From positions 1 to 64,000 of the forward strand of contig JAVKOQ020000036.1 of NCBI GenBank assembly GCA_031835245.2: a stretch of 64,000 nucleotides of DNA, written 5' to 3'. Origin of the DNA: Balamuthia mandrillaris (lineage: Eukaryota). The notes under the pieces were generated by a model. It did not search any database and was not told the DNA's origin. It was given only the letters and a program-made list of their open reading frames with translations. The position numbers were made by a program, and so were the translations under genes. Of the stretch, positions 51,588 to 64,000 are shown one piece after another; the first letter of the stretch is position 1, and every line of letters starts with the position of its first letter.

Positions 51588-54500
51588 ATGTCTTCATCTA
51601 CCTCTTCAGCCTCCTCCGCGAAGGAAGAGGAGAACGATCGACGAGCCAGTCTCGAACTCTCCTCCTCCTCCACCTCCTCCTTCAAGGACGGCGAAGAGGA
51701 CGACAGCATCTTCTCCACCAGAGATGAGTTTACGGAGGACACCAGCGTGGACTTGAGCGAAATGGACGACTTTGATGAGACCGATGTTCTCGACGAGCTT
51801 TCGATCAGCTCCTCCAATTTAGGAGAAGAGAGCGACCTTCTCCCGTCATCCGCCGACAGCAACAAACAACTACTGCGAAGGAGAAGACGGAGCAGAGAAA
51901 ATATGGCCTCCAATCAGCAGGATTTGTTGTTGTTAGACAGAGGAGGAAAAGATCACCCACAACTGCAATCACTACCAAACCAAAAGACGGTTCCTCCTTC
52001 TCCGTTGGCGAACCGAAAGGAAATGTCGCCGGAGAGGCTAAACGAGATGCGAGCCAAAGTCTTGTCCGAGCTGTTAGCTACAGAAGAGAGCTACATTGAA
52101 GATCTCGAAGTGGTGACAAAGGTACGCCAAACGGATTTTAAAAAAACGCACCAAGCAACACAAACAAACAACATAACTCATCAACTAACTCTCTCTGTCG
52201 TTTTAACTCCTAAATACAAAACCTAGTACTATTTGCCTCCGTTAAAAGTAATACTGACAGACAAAGAGGTTGGCATGGTCTTCTCCAACATTGTACAGAT
52301 ACTCGCCGTCAATCAAACCATTCATTCGGCACTGAAGCTGCGGATAAAGGAATGCAAACCCGAGTTGTTGCATCAATGTCTGGTCGCAGACATCTTTTTG
52401 GATAACGTTCGTTTCCCGAGCTTCTCTTCCGTCCTCATCCATTCTTCTCTAACTCCTTTTCGTATTGCTAAAAGGCGGATTATTTGAAACTGTACTCGTC
52501 GTATACTATAAACCAACCTGAAGCTTTCGCGATGATAACCGAGAAGAAGAAAAGCCATCCTACGTTTGCAACTTTTGTTGAGGTACACTCGCTTCTTCAC
52601 TATTGATCAGGTCTTCTGACTAACGGCAACTCTTTTGCTGTCTTGAAGGAAATGCAAAAGCATCCAGTATCCCACAACCTGGACTTCAAGTCCTTTCTCA
52701 TCAAACCAGTGCAGAGGATATGTAAATATCCTTTGCTCTTGCGGGTAACGTTCCCTATTGTCTATAGCTCTTATTGGTATCCTTGGTATTATGCCTGATA
52801 TCCCTGGTTTACCACAAAAACAAACACAAAGGAATTGTTGAGATATACAGCGGAAGACCATCCAGAATACGAGGACTTGGCGGCAGCTTACCAAAAGGTG
52901 GAGTCTGTGGCTCACCACGTGGAGAAACACAACAACAGAGCGGAGAACGTCTCCAAGATGATAGAGATACAACGCTCAGTTACCGGTTTAGGAAAGATAA
53001 CCATCGTTCAACCTCAGAGAACTTTCCTGATGGAGGATGACTTTGTGAAGCTCTCTTCCAAGAAGAGAAGGTCCAACTATCCACTTCATCTGTTTCTCTT
53101 CAATGACGCATTGATGGCAACGAAAGCGGTGAAGAAGGAAGGGAGTTCATCGGGAAATAGCGGAGGCGGTTCATCTGGAGGTACTGGCGGAGGAGGAAAG
53201 GAGAAATATGCATTCAAAGGAATGATGCCCATCAAAACGATAATTGTGAGAGATATGGAAGATACGTCTGGTATGTTCTCCTTCTTCTTTGCTTATCAAG
53301 CCTTTCCTTACATTTTTTCTATTTCTTGTTTGTCTCTCTGCTATCATTCTCTCCCTCTGTCTTTTCTCACAATCCACTAGCATATAAGTATGCATTTGAG
53401 CTGATTGAAGTACGAACGGAGGAAAAACGAAAGAACACGGCGGTCAAGTTATCGGTGGTGGCCTCTGCCGAAAACATAAAGTTAAAATGGTTGAAAGCCA
53501 TCCATGACGCCAAGAAGGCCATCCAAAGGTAACCGCTGTGCCTCTTTCTTGTTCATCTTTCTGCTCCTCACGTCCTTTGTTCTCCGCAACCAGAGGAACA
53601 TTGTTGACAACGGTAGGGGGTCTACAAGGCCGTCGACGAGGGGACAAACGGCCACGGTCTACCTCCTCTCTTCCAGCCGACATCCTTGCTCAACTCAAAG
53701 CCTCTTCTCCTTCGTCTCCGTTAGGGTTATCGGCCTTAGGTTCCTCGTCTATCCCTGCCCCTTCCGATTCGTCTTCCTCTTCTCCTCTTTCTTCTTCTGG
53801 TTCGCTTTCGTTGTCAGCGCTAGAGGATGAGAATGGAAGTGAATGCTTAACGTCCTACATTGATTTGAATGTGCTGAAAGGAGAAATGGAGAAAGAAAGA
53901 GAACGAGCAGAGAAAGAAAGGAGTCTGCAGGCTGCTTCTGCTGCTTCAGGCAAGCAAACACCAACAAAAAACGTCTCCATCGCAGCGGAAGCCTTGCAAG
54001 AAGAAGGATCCAATCTTTCTTCTTCTTCGACCTCCTCTTTGAGTCCTGTTCTGAGCAAGAAGTCATCCAACAGAAAAGGACAGCTAAAGCACACCATCTC
54101 TCTCTCCGCCTTGCCCAAGCTGAAGAAGGACAGTTTAGATGGCACAAAACATCTTCGAGAGAGCTCAGGCAATCCCTCATCCAAAAACTCTTTATCTTCT
54201 TCCACTTCCTCTTCCGGTCAGAAACAGGCAGTGAAGAAAAAAGCTGTGGTGGTTCGTGCTCTTCACGATCCGCTTTGTGATGGAGGTGGTGGACCACATC
54301 CACCTCCTCCTCCGCCTCCTCAACAACAAGACTCCTCTCTTCGCATACCTCCTCGCTCGCCTGGGAGACGAAACGCTGCTGGAGGAAGCGGCAACAACGT
54401 CGTTGCTGGAGGAGGAGGAGGAACAGCGGCTGCTCTCCGTAAAGGCAGCCTTCCGCCAATGCGGCTAGGTTCCACCAACCTAAACAACAAGGTGATGTTT

Positions 54501-55778
54501 GGTCCTCCCACTCAAGCGGCAGTTACAGAGGCTTTCCAAAAACTTCGCCCAGTAGCGTCTGCTCACAACTTTCCTCGTCCTTCTTCGTCTTCACCTTCAC
54601 AACAATCTGCTCCAACAACAACAACAACGACAACAAAGGTATCGATACCGGGAGGGGCCACCCTTCGACCGGGCAAAGGCGGTCTCTCACATGCATTCTT
54701 GCCACCCCCACCCCCTCCCGCTTCCCTGCCTACATCTTCTTCCTCCGAGTCTTTATCACTGTCCAGCCTGAACAACAGCAACAACAAAGGTGTGAACATG
54801 AACAGCTTTGCAAACTTGAAGCCGCCTCCTCCTTTGAACTTGCCTCTTCCTGGCTCGAACAATTTACCACCCCCTTTAACCATTCCTCCGCAACCTCCTC
54901 TTTCCTCTTCAACTCCTCTCCCGCTTCCCCTTTCTCTGCCTCTGTCTTCTCCAACAAGCACCTCTTCTCTTAGCAATAACAACAGGGTCGCTCGTGTCAT
55001 CAGCGGAAGAGACACCCTGAAAAAGAAACAAGAACAAGACAACGAAACCGAGCATCTCCACCATCGACAGTCATCACCGAACACTCATACTGCTGATGCA
55101 TCCAACAACAATAGCAAACATGCTGTGCTTTTGCCGATGATGATACGACGAAGGAAAGAAATGTCGGAGACAGCATTGGCAGAGACTCGGTGGACGGCGA
55201 TGCTCAGCCCTCGTGGCACTCCCTCTTCGTCCTTCTTTCAACAGCAAATGCAAAAGAGAGGAATGGAGGAACGCGAGGAGCAGGAAGCGGCAGCAGCCCT
55301 CAACTCCGCCAGAAGTCAGTTGAGAGCGGAGGAGGAGGAGCTTCGCAAACGGTTGAAAGAGATTCAGTATAAACTGTTTGCTTTGGAACATGATAACAAA
55401 CGACAACAGACATCTTATTACGTGGAAGATGACGAAGAGGAAGAATACACGGAAGAAGAGGAACAGGATGAAGAAATAGATCCCTTGTTAATGGGAGCTA
55501 GCAATGAACCCTACAGAAGAAGAAGAGAAAGCATCAATAGAGGGAGAAGGAGCACAATGGAGAACGAGGAAGATATGATCTCTTCTGGTTCATCGTCATC
55601 TTCTTCCACGCCAACTTCCTCCGCGCCCCCGTCCCCATTGTCTTCATCAACCACTCCAAAAGGACGAAAAGAGTTGGAACAGGCGTTAAAAAAACAAGTC
55701 GAAGAGAAGAACAGGTGGAAGAGGAAGTACAAACAACTCAAAGCAAAATATAGAGAGACCTCCTCCACTGTGAAATAG
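51588..55778 (+). CDS. Dbl-family RhoGEF (DH-PH) with long Ser/Pro-rich region and C-terminal coiled coils (multi-exon)
   Basis: RAKVLSELLATEESYIEDL, VFSNIVQIL, ADYLKLYSSY, LDFKSFLIKPVQRICKYPLLLR/ELLRYTAEDHPEY (DH); RTFLMEDDF..HLFLFNDALM..KLKWLKAI (PH); polyproline tracts. Confidence 0.93.
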
Positions 55779-55844
55779 CATTCATTCTTGTTCACTTTTG
55801 TAAAACAAAATACTGAGAAAAAAACTGTGTAAAGTCCTTAGAGG

Positions 55845-58532
55845 TTACTGCTGTTGAATGGAAGCGATAATATCATCATAAACAGAGCCCCAAACCCTTC
55901 TAAACCGCCTCTCGTTCGACCTGTACTTTCCTTTCGTCTTCCTCTCGCCAGGCAGCCAGGCTTTGCCCCCATCCAAAACGTCGATCGTCATCTTTCTTCC
56001 ACTGGCCTCGTCGTTGTACTCGTATTTACCGGTGAGCAACACTCTCAGCTTTTCCGCTCCCAAAGGGATGGACGTGCCGGTTAACTCGGAGGAAGTAGAA
56101 ACTTGGAACTGCCAGTAGAGTTTTTTGAAGGGGGTATTGGAGCGGCTACCACCAAAGCCATGCGCGGCGCTGCTGAGATAGCCGACGAAGAGCAGCATGT
56201 CGGTCGTGCTGAGACAGGTTTGAATGGCATACGTTAATTCGTTGCTTCTTGACTCTTTTTCTCCTATTTTTTTTCAAAGGTTAAAAGTCACATGAAGAAC
56301 GAAGAGAGAGCAACAACAACACACCTGCAGCTTTCTCTTTGGCAGCTTGTTGGGAGTGGAAAGCGGAAAGAACTTGTTTAGGAGATTCGACAGGGGAGGT
56401 GTAATTGTTGGCTTCGATAGCTTCGCGACAGACCTTGTTCGTTCGGAGAGCAGTTCCCTGGGCCACCATTCCTAGAATGTAAGATTTTGTAAGAAAAACA
56501 AGCTAGAGAAGAGAAAAGAAGAGAGGACAAAGGAAAGAACAAAGGAAAAGGAAAAGCGCGAACGAGGGAAGAGAACGTACCTCGAATGACGTGGACACAA
56601 TCGGGGAGAACAGGCTCGGAGGTATCTCTCTCCTGTAGCAAATGGAACAGGGTGACAAAGCTACTCTGCATCTCTTTTCTTTGTTCAAAAGCGGCCTTCA
56701 TGGCGTCAATCCAAGCTGTGGGGGCCACTCCCGCATTGTTGTCTATCTCTGCCAAAAGACCAGAGAGACCTTCATTGTGTGCCCTATGTTTCCCAGGTTT
56801 GGACGACATAAATTAGAGAACTTGTATTTATGAGAGAGAGAGAGAGAGAGAAACATACCTTTGCATAGCGTGCCACTGCTTGCTATAAATCATTATAGAG
56901 AGCAAGGCAGCAATAGTAGGATAGCCGCGTTGCAACAACTTTCTCTGGAACCACGTCAACGCGTTGAGCATGCCAGGCGTCACCCGCTCCGCATCGTATG
57001 TCTCTCCTTCTTCTTGCTGTTCCCCTGCTGCACTGCTTCCTCCTCCAAAGGAGCCAAAGCCACTCACCAACTTGGCAATAATCGCCTCTTTGGCGGTGTT
57101 GTCTCTGCTAACATTCGGAATGACTTTACGCGGGTTCACTCGAGACTTGCGAATGGTCGGCTCCTTCTTCTCTTCATCATAACGAGCTCGCTTCGTTGCC
57201 TCTCTTCCTCCTCCACCTACTCGTTGAGGAACCGAAGAAGGAGCAGATTTGCTGCTGACAACTGGTTTGTCCTCTGCTTGTCGGTCAGAAAGTTTCACGC
57301 AAGTTTTTAAGCCCATGAATGGATGAGCGAGGAGCTGCTCCTCCGAGAGTTGCGCTTGCGCATCGCTCTCCTCGTTCTCCAATCCGTGGACGATGCAGCG
57401 CACAAAGTCTTCCACCTCCTGCTCCGTGCTGTTCTTCCAAATGCCGTCGGCAGCCCGTCGAACGGCCTCCGCCAACACGTGCTGCCAGAACTGGGACCAA
57501 ACGGGAGCGCCTCCCTGAAAACCGGCTGCCGAGTTGAGCGTCTCCAGAGGGACAAGGAAGGTGTAGGCGGCAAGCACCAGCAGGCTCTTGGTTTTGTCCT
57601 TCAACCGGGATTCAGGATTGTTCAAGAAGTTTTGGAGCGCTTCCACCATTTTTTCCTTTTGTTATTGTCGCTTTAGTCATCAAAACAACGAACAACAAAA
57701 CGAAGGAGAGATAGAGAGTAAACTAACCTGCCAGTTGCCAATATCTTTCATGGCCTGAATGCAAGTACGATGGTACTGGAACAACAACACTAGCTCCCTT
57801 TCGCCGGGTTGCTCCAGCCTTGACACCATCGCGCCCAACAACATCCACAAAAACTCCCATTGAGAGAAGGAGTAACCCAAGGGATCCAGCGTCACCAGAT
57901 AGCCCAGGACGGGAGGGAGTTGAGGGCGAACCAGCCGCCAGTGCTCCTGGTGGATGAAGAGCGGGACCCATGCGTTGATGGGCTCTCTTCCCATGCCACG
58001 AAGCGCCACGCCCATCTCACCGCCATGGGAGAAGCCGCCATGAGCCTCGATTTGCCCCTCGGTGGAGATGGCGTACTTGAGGGCGTCCTCGAAGGAGGCT
58101 TTGCCCACGGTTGTTATGCTAATGTCTTGGATTCGGAGCTGTGTTGGGTCGTCCACCGCCACTTTGATGTTGGAAAGTGGAGAGAGAGAAAGAGAGAGAG
58201 AGAGAGAGAAAAGATTTAGAAAATAAGCTGGTGAAGAATAAGCTGAAAGCGGAAAGATACCTTCAGGACGAGAAACAGCAATGCCAAAACCAATAATGTC
58301 GCGTTGCAGCTCATCGCAAAGCAGCTCAGGCCAAGTGCCTTGCGACAACAGACACTTGAAATAGTCGACGTTCTTGTTGTGGTTCAGCTTTTCCAGAAGC
58401 TCTTTTTCAGTGGGAAAAGTCATTTGGGCAAGTTTATCCTCCATTTCTTTCAACTTGGCTGCATTCCTGTTATTGTTGCAAAGTTTGCATAATATAATGA
58501 ATATAAAGAAACGGAGGAGAGGGAGAGAGAGG

Positions 58533-58581
<49 letters not shown>

Positions 58582-60554
58582 AGAAGAAGAAGAAGGAGGG
58601 AGTACTTTTGCTGACGCTCGTCCATTCTACGAGTTCGACTTGCGCTTTGGAATTGTGCTCCATAAGACAGCTCTGAAAAAAGATACGTAAGAAAGAAATA
58701 AAGCAAGTAAGAAAAAAAGCAAGCGCACCAGCTAAACGAGCTTTAAGAGCTGTGCCAAGAGTTTGAGTGGCAAGGGTGGCCAACAAGTTGTTCAACTGGT
58801 TGACGGTCTGGTTCAGCCCGGCCAATTGCTCCACAACCTTCTGCCTTTGTGCCTTTTTGAAGATACGCAGCAGTTGCAGCCCTTGATACTCTGCCAACTT
58901 GCTGTGCAGCTGCTTCAGCCTCTTAGACCATTGTTCTCGTAGAGAGCTCGTCACTTTTTCTATTCCAACGAACGAAGAAGAAGAAACAAATAAGTTAGAA
59001 GAAACAAACGCAGCAAACGAGAGAACATACCGGAGGTGGCAAGACGAGCAATGATCTGTTTAAGAGCCTCCAACTGCTTTTCCAAAAGAGTGATTTGAAG
59101 CTGCTTGCCCAGAGCATCGTTGCTCGTGGCCTCCCTTACTTTCACCGCCACTTGTTGGTGCTCTTCCTCGTTTCGAGACTTTTTGCTCTTCTCTCTTTCC
59201 TCCGAAGGCGACAAAGTGATGTCAATAGCAAGTGAAGAAGAGGTAGCACCTTGAGACGATGATCCGAGAGAACCTCCCCCAAAGCTTTCCAACAACGAGG
59301 AAGAGGAAGAAGAAGAAGAGCCTGCGTCTTCGTTTCTTTTTACCTAAGCAATTCTCGTATCAGAAAGAAACAAAACAACAAAGAAAGAAAAAGTAAAAAA
59401 TACCAGCAAAGTCAATGTGGTCTCTCCGTTTGTAAAAGTGACGGGCATGACCAACGTCGGGGACGCCTTCCACTTCATCTTCGTGGTCTTCACCATGACA
59501 TTTGAGGCTGTGCTCTTTCTCTCCTCCGCTTCCTCCTCCTCCACCTCCACAAAGGCATACCCTGGGTCCGTCAGCCTCAACGTGGCCGCCACCTTATTGC
59601 CATCAGCACCAGCCGTGACAGCATCAAAGAGGGCCTCCAGCTTGCCTTGCAGGGCGTCCGCTCCGTCGCTGGGCTCGGCATACTGGAAACCTCCCTCCTC
59701 AGTACCGACCTCCCTCCTCAACCTGTCTAACAGCTCAAAGTCGTGGTCAGCGGTGAAGGCCACCGCATGGCAGACCGTTCTACGGACATGGGGATAGTAG
59801 CGACGCTGTTTGTCGTGGATGCGTTCAATCAGCGTTTTGTAGTCAGCGCTGCTGTTGTTGTTCTTGAAGCCCCAGTCCTGCCCGTCGGTGAGGAAGCCGA
59901 TGACGACCTCCTCGTAGATCTTTTGCTTGTTGCCTTGCTTGAGAGCGGCGGGGCTGAGCTTTGCCTCCATGAGCTGCTTGATGGTGGTGAAGGCGCTGGC
60001 GAAGGATGTGCCGCCACGAGCGTAGAGGGGAGAGAGCACGGCCTGATAGTTCTCCGGAGTCAGGTCCAGCCGTGTGGCCTTGGACTGTATAACATAAATA
60101 GCAAGTCAGTTTTTGTGTTGTCGTTTTTTTGGGGGGATAACAAAGAGCACAAACCTCGTAGAGGACCACTTCACAGTCCACGTGAGGGAGATTGAAGGAC
60201 TGACCGACGACGTACTTTAGAGCAGGGACCACCTTTGTTGTGTGGTGTCGGTTTTTTGTTAACATTATTTTTTTAACAAAAAACACAAATAAAAAAAGAG
60301 AGTAAGCAAAGCGAAACCTGTCTGGCAAAGTTGGAGCCCATGGAACTGCTCTGATCCACGGCGAGGATGAGCAGCACGTTGGAGGGAGGGGCGGCGGTCG
60401 CATCGCCGGCGCTGCCAAAGCCGTCAAACTCCAAACGAAGGGTCAGCTGCCCGGGCTCCTGCGGCTGATCGGAGAGGGCCACTAGCTCGGCGGTGGCTCT
60501 CAACGGGCCGCCTCTTTGTTGCGGTTGCTCTTGCTCTTCTCGTGGGGCTTCCAT
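55845..60554 (-). CDS. Large von Willebrand factor A (MIDAS) domain protein with uncharacterised C-terminal domains (multi-exon)
   Basis: LILAVDQSSSMGS (DxSxS), ARGGTSFASAF, VVIGFLTDGQD, CHAVAFTADHD. Consecutive minus-strand exons continue through REPINAWVPLFIHQEHW to ..DDIIASIQQQ* at 55845. Confidence 0.8.
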
Positions 60555-61234
60555 TTTTTTTGCTTTCTTATCTTGGTTTGTAACGAAATGAAAATTTTGT
60601 TTGTTTTCAGTTGATTTTTGTTATATTATTTGTTGTTTTTTTTAATTATTCCGATTTTTTTCTATTATTTCGAACTTTCCCTGAAAACATGTGCTAAAAT
60701 TTTGCCGACACCACTATCATTGATTTTTGGTTGGTTCCTAAAGCGGCTCAATGCTATGATCGGTTACTGAAAGTTTCAAACCACCAATCAAAAATCAAAA
60801 CAGAGGCTTAATCTTACCATAAAAAGGCCATTTCTGTTGTCCTTTTCTTTGTCTCATCTCTAGCAGAGATCTTTTACGTCGACAAAAATTCATTGCTCTA
60901 GTTGGTTCCTCGCAGATCAGTTAAAATCGATCAAGTCGACAAAAATGATGAGCTGGACTCTGTGTGTCGACATGGAATCATCGAAAAGATCAGTCGAGGG
61001 TCCCCTGTCTTTTCTCAATGAATTAACGAATATATTCCAAAAAACGGAACCGTTATAGGTTATAGGTTGCCGCGACACCCTGGGCCTCATTCCATGAACG
61101 TAATATAGCCGGTCCGGGATTTTCGGACGATGCGTACATTATTTGAATACGCGAACCCGTGTGGGATTTTTGTTTTGTCTTCTCAACGAAAAAAAAATAA
61201 AACAACGAAGAAAGCGTGAAGAGAAGAGAGCACA

Positions 61235-62489
61235 ATGAACCGTGCAAGGAAGCAAATGTTTAAAGAGAAGCTCCTGGCTCTCGAGAAGATTACCCTGAAA
61301 AAGAAAGCGGTCCCCACGTCGTTATTGCAAGACATTACAGTTTTTGCTCTCAGCAATGTTCAGGTACCTGTCGGCTCTTTACTTTTAGAGTTTTTTATTT
61401 CTCTTGTTTCTCGCTTGTGTAACTTTTTCTTTCTTTTAAAAACAAAAAACAAAGTTGGCAACTGCTCTTGCCGAAGCTGTGGCCGACTTTATAGAAGAAT
61501 GTGAGGAGCTGGAAGCCATCATTGGGGGTTTTCTTCTGGTGGACTGCATTTGCAGAAAGGCAGAGGAGGAGCCAGAAAACCCAATGTACCTTTCTTTCTT
61601 GGTTTCTTTCTTGTCGTTTCTTTCTTTCTCTTTGTGTTATCTTTCGTTTTTGTTTCTTTCGTTGTTTCCTGCTTTTGTTGAACGATTTGTTGCAGGCGAC
61701 GTTGTGAGCACGCACGAGCGTCTTACGCGTTGGAATTTGCGCGGATCTTGCCGGACGCCTTCAACGAGACTTTTGCCAGACTACAGGAGAATGAGGTACT
61801 ACTCTTCTTCTCTTCATTCTTTCTGTTGTCTGCTTGTTTTTTTGTTCTTTCTTCTTCTTTCTGCTTTCTGTCTCTTTTTTTTCTGTTGTCTTCCTTCCTT
61901 CATTCGACGTTTCTACTCCGTTTCTAACTTTCCACAAACAGAACGCAGGCGTTGAAGAGGAAATCTTCAAGCTGTTGAACTTGTGGCAAGAGCATCATGT
62001 CTTTCCTCGTCCCGTAATCCTCAAGTTCATAAAGCATTACAAAGGCCAGTCCCAGTCGTGGGGCTCGCTGTTGAAACTGATCAAAAAGGACCAACAAGAG
62101 GAGCTACAGCAGCAGAAAGAAGCACCATCCTCAGACTCTCCCAGGAGAAGGCTGAGAGCTTCAACCCATAGCCCCCAACCAAACTCGAGGCTGACCAGAT
62201 GCGCTTCTGGGGTTTTCGACCAGCTCAAACTGAACGCCATAAACTTTACCGGTTTATCAGGTAGGGTAGTCTCGCTCTTCTCTTCAGAAGAAGGGGTTCT
62301 ACCACAAACACAAACGCACATACTGACTTCATATTCCTTCTAAAACAAACAGAACAAGAGCTAAGAAAGCCACAAACCAAGCTTAAGGCGAGCACCTCTG
62401 CAGTTGCCAAATCACCTTCTGCTGCGACTTCCTCTGGCAGCTTCATTGTGGTCCGTCGGCAGAAGAAGAACGTGGACAGGAGAACCTAA
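61235..62489 (+). CDS. CID/RPR (CTD-interacting, VHS/ENTH-like) domain protein (multi-exon)
   Basis: Helical N-terminal domain LQDITVFALSN..LAEAVADFI..GGFLLVDCICRK..YALEFARILPDAF..IFKLLNLWQEHHVFP fits the CID pattern. Basic tail RRQKKNVDRRT*. Confidence 0.65.
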
Positions 62490-63174
62490 GAGAGAAGAGC
62501 ATTCGCAAGCATTACTATTTATTTTTTTTGTATTTTTTTAAAACCGATCTTATTTTGTTCAGAGATAGCTATGAGCTTTTGTTTTGGAAGGTACAAGGGT
62601 AAGGGTGGGTTCTTCTCCTTCCCTATCAAAGTGGAGCGCACAGAAAAGAAGACAAAGGAGAAGAAGCAACTGAAACGGCAAGACCGACCGAAGCCTCTTC
62701 AAAACGGTCCACTCGCCGTGTGCCGCCTGCTTCTTGTTTTGTCTCTTGAGACTCTTGCGGGGTTAACACATGTCCACTGTGGAGAGCAACCGAAACCTGA
62801 GCCTGGTTCCTTTTGAAGATGCCCTATCATTGAATTTTCCTTGTCTATATTGTTCATTATGAATACAGATGAATGAAAGGCTCTTTTGGCCTCATCCCAC
62901 GACCCAAAGAGGGCCTACGCCGCAGGACAAAACCCAAATCCATGTTTTGGATACCCTGAAGTTTCAGCAGAACTGAACGCCGCATACAAAGCGTGAAGAA
63001 CGATGCGAAAACAGAAACTCCTCCATGATGGATTTCGAGGACAATGCTCTCCTCCAACCAAACTTTCCCATTCTTGACCAACTTCGCTTCGACCATAAAT
63101 ATCTCCCTCCTTTGGGAGAAAGAACCACAACAACAATAAACAGTTCAAACAACAAGCTCAGCGAACAAACGAAA

Positions 63175-63717
63175 ATGAAGGCAAACTCTATCAAGCTCTC
63201 GTTGGTTGCCCTGTTTTTGGCCGCCTTTGTTTCTGCTGCTTTCGGTGCGGAGGAAACAAGCAAGGCTCAAACCAAGAAGTACTACGACGGTGGCGACATC
63301 TACGATGGAGGTTACGGTGGCGGCAACGTCTTTGATGGGCGCTACGACGGAGGCAACGTCTACGATGGAGGTTACGATGGTGGCAATGTTTATGATGGTG
63401 GTTATGATGGAGGCAACGTCTACGATGGCGGCAATGTCTACGATGGAGACAACTACGACGGCCACGACATCGACTACTATGATGACTACACTGACGAGGA
63501 CGTCTATGACCCCTGCGGCGGTGATATCCACGACGGCCGTGATGGGAACGTGGATGACGGTTATGATGGCAACGTGGAGGACGGCTATGATGGCAATGAT
63601 GGCAACGTGGGAGATGGTAAGAATGATGGAAAGGACGACTCCAAGGACTCGGGAAGCAGCTCCTCCGGAAGCAGCCAGACCAGCTCTGCTGCTTCTTTGC
63701 GTCCTTTTTTCTTCTAA
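63175..63717 (+). CDS. Secreted Gly/Asp/Tyr-rich tandem-repeat protein (single ORF)
   Basis: Signal peptide MKANSIKLSLVALFLAAFVSAAFG; YDGG(Y/N) and DGGNVY repeats; Asp-rich middle; Ser linker; ends SSAASLRPFFF*. Confidence 0.8.
   Translation: MKANSIKLSLVALFLAAFVSAAFGAEETSKAQTKKYYDGGDIYDGGYGGGNVFDGRYDGGNVYDGGYDGGNVYDGGYDGGNVYDGGNVYDGDNYDGHDIDYYDDYTDEDVYDPCGGDIHDGRDGNVDDGYDGNVEDGYDGNDGNVGDGKNDGKDDSKDSGSSSSGSSQTSSAASLRPFFF
63281..63460 (+). repeat. Coding tandem repeat of about 30 nt (YDGGYDGGNV units)
   Basis: Repeated tacgatggaggttacg..ggcaacgtc units with synonymous variation. Confidence 0.85.
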
Positions 63718-64000
63718 AGTGAACACTCACCTTTTTTTTTTCCCTCAACAAACATTAAATATAAAAGTTGATATACAATCCCTTTTAATACATTCTTCAC
63801 CTTTTTGTTCCACTTTTTTCTTGCTCTTGTCTTTTTTTTCATCTTCGTTTTCTTCCTGATGTTCTTATTCTTGTTCTTCTTGTTCTTCTTGTTCTTCTTC
63901 TTCTTCTTGTTCTTGTTCTTCTTCTTCTTCTTTTTCTTCGCTTCGTCAACAAATACAAACTACCGAGACCGAAAACATAAACAATATATTTAAAGTTAAG

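Noticed and set aside
62560..63100. Short ORFs between the CID gene and the repeat gene
   Set aside because: No recognisable domain or coherent exon chain.
63281..63620. Repeat array as CRISPR
   Set aside because: No unique spacers or cas genes; codon-phased repeat in a eukaryotic ORF.
63145..63859. Alternative-frame ORFs (Thr/Met-rich, Arg/His-rich, Val/Ile-rich) over the repeat gene
   Set aside because: Frame shadows; only the YDGG frame has a signal peptide and synonymous-type variation between repeats.

Overview
Gene-dense eukaryotic nuclear DNA, not prokaryotic. It has many short GT-AG introns filled with sense-strand pyrimidine microsatellites, TAA/TAG/TGA all used as stops, and head-to-head gene pairs with 0.3-0.7 kb spacers. 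The style suggests a free-living amoeba (Amoebozoa, Acanthamoeba/Balamuthia-like); that assignment is inference only. I reconstructed about 25 genes by eye. Housekeeping: enolase, eIF3h, NTH1, ATP12. Signalling/ubiquitin: FYVE-PH, C2-BTB, ankyrin-RING, three F-box genes, DH-PH RhoGEF, CID protein. Bacterial-type: EttA with a presequence, an SseB-like protein, a tandem triplet of membrane-anchored TylF/NovP O-methyltransferases (third copy broken), and a secreted FG-GAP/CARDB protein. The most striking element (21079-25107) is derived from a Na+/K+-ATPase (P2C). It keeps the A, N and P domains, lacks all ten transmembrane helices, has degenerate catalytic motifs, and ends in a polybasic CaaX prenylation tail. 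Other highlights are an 86-aa stand-alone PDCD4/SERBP1-motif protein divergent from EttA, a Clu-TPR-pseudokinase fusion, a shared unusual C-terminal motif on two secreted proteins, and recurrent intergenic palindromes. No rRNA, tRNA, CRISPR array or transposase was recognised. Exon boundaries were read manually and family assignments come from motif recall, not database searches.
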